38,874 bases of DNA, taken from Rickettsiales bacterium. Lineage in GTDB: Bacteria; Pseudomonadota; Alphaproteobacteria; Rickettsiales; UBA3002. The DNA is taken from NCBI GenBank assembly GCA_049314715.1, contig JBMOEL010000002.1:1-38874 (forward strand), read 5' to 3'. Below the pieces are notes generated by a model. That model was not told where the DNA came from and made no database searches. It worked only from the letters and a program-made list of their open reading frames with translations. Position 1 is the stretch's first letter. Each line of letters opens with the position of its first letter. Below, in pieces: positions 38,258 to 38,874 of the stretch. A program made the position numbers and the translations under genes.

Positions 38258-38874
38258 ATGCCCTTATCTGCGCGCAAAACGGCTCTTGATACGGCCTTCC
38301 CCAGACACCTGCTTGGAATGGAAGGTATTAGCGCTTCTACCATCACCGCAATTCTCGATAAGGCGGAAACCTATGTCAAGAAGAACCGCCAGATTGATAA
38401 GAAATCCAAGAGCCTGACGGGTCGTACACTCATAAACCTGTTTTTTGAAAATTCTACCCGCACCCGCACGTCATTTGAACTCGCGGGGAAACGTTTGGGG
38501 ATGGATGTGATTAATATCAGCGCCAGCACCTCTTCTACCAGCAAAGGTGAAACCCTGCTCGATACGGCGATGACGCTCAATGCCATGCAGGCGGATGCGA
38601 TTGTGGTGCGTCACCCCTCCGCTGGCGCGGTGCAACTGATTGCCGAGAAAACCAATGCCCACATCATCAATGCGGGTGATGGCGCACATGAGCACCCCAC
38701 CCAAGCACTGCTTGATGCGCTCACCATTCGGCGCAAGCTTGGCAAACTCAAAGGCCTCAACGTCGCGATTTGTGGTGACATTGCCAATAGCCGCGTGGCG
38801 CGCTCGAACATTTATCTGCTCAAAACCATGGGTGCGGAAGTGACATTGGTAGCGACCCCGATATTGATGCCGAC
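38258..38874 (+). CDS. pyrB: Aspartate carbamoyltransferase catalytic subunit (partial, runs off the window)
   Basis: Translated by hand: RHLLGMEG...[16 protein letters not shown]...KGETLLDT...VVRH...[17 protein letters not shown]...[12 protein letters not shown]. Confidence 0.97.
   Translation, partial: MPLSARKTALDTAFPRHLLGMEGISASTITAILDKAETYVKKNRQIDKKSKSLTGRTLINLFFENSTRTRTSFELAGKRLGMDVINISASTSSTSKGETLLDTAMTLNAMQADAIVVRHPSAGAVQLIAEKTNAHIINAGDGAHEHPTQALLDALTIRRKLGKLKGLNVAICGDIANSRVARSNIYLLKTMGAEVTLVATPILMP

Noticed and set aside
1-38874. tRNA, rRNA, SRP RNA, integrase or transposase genes
   Set aside because: None recognised by eye; the RNA candidate near ffh lacks the SRP domain IV GGAA-loop motif.

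Overview
Alphaproteobacterial chromosome segment, most consistent with a metabolically self-sufficient, basal Rickettsiales-like organism (inference from gene content). It carries a virB3-virB4-virB6-virB6 type IV secretion locus of Rickettsiales (rvh)-type architecture. Housekeeping blocks include dapF-mtaB-ftsY, ssb/uvrA, xseB-ispA-tlyA without dxs, ffh, rpsP-rimM-trmD-rplS-leuC...leuD...leuB, asd, sdhCDA-(M48 protease)-sdhB, ccmC-fdxA-carD, mazG, an SDR, a TPR lipoprotein and partial pyrB. Best leads: (1) a candidate ~55-nt small RNA between xseB and ffh, with a Fur-box-like palindrome over its promoter, its own terminator and a 10-nt seed complementary to the sdhC ribosome-binding site in this window (RyhB/PrrF-like logic); (2) one shared OmpR/CtrA/PhoB-like direct repeat at near-constant distance upstream of five scattered orphan or divergent genes, also present in the virB3 promoter (candidate T4SS-effector regulon); (3) a palindromic repeat element inserted in frame inside ftsY; (4) two unannotated small ORFs; (5) a four-helix-bundle/repeat-tail fusion inside the leu operon; (6) a probable chimeric junction at the left end, where a SecA-like fragment is joined to virB6. 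All calls are by eye from sequence; no searches were run.
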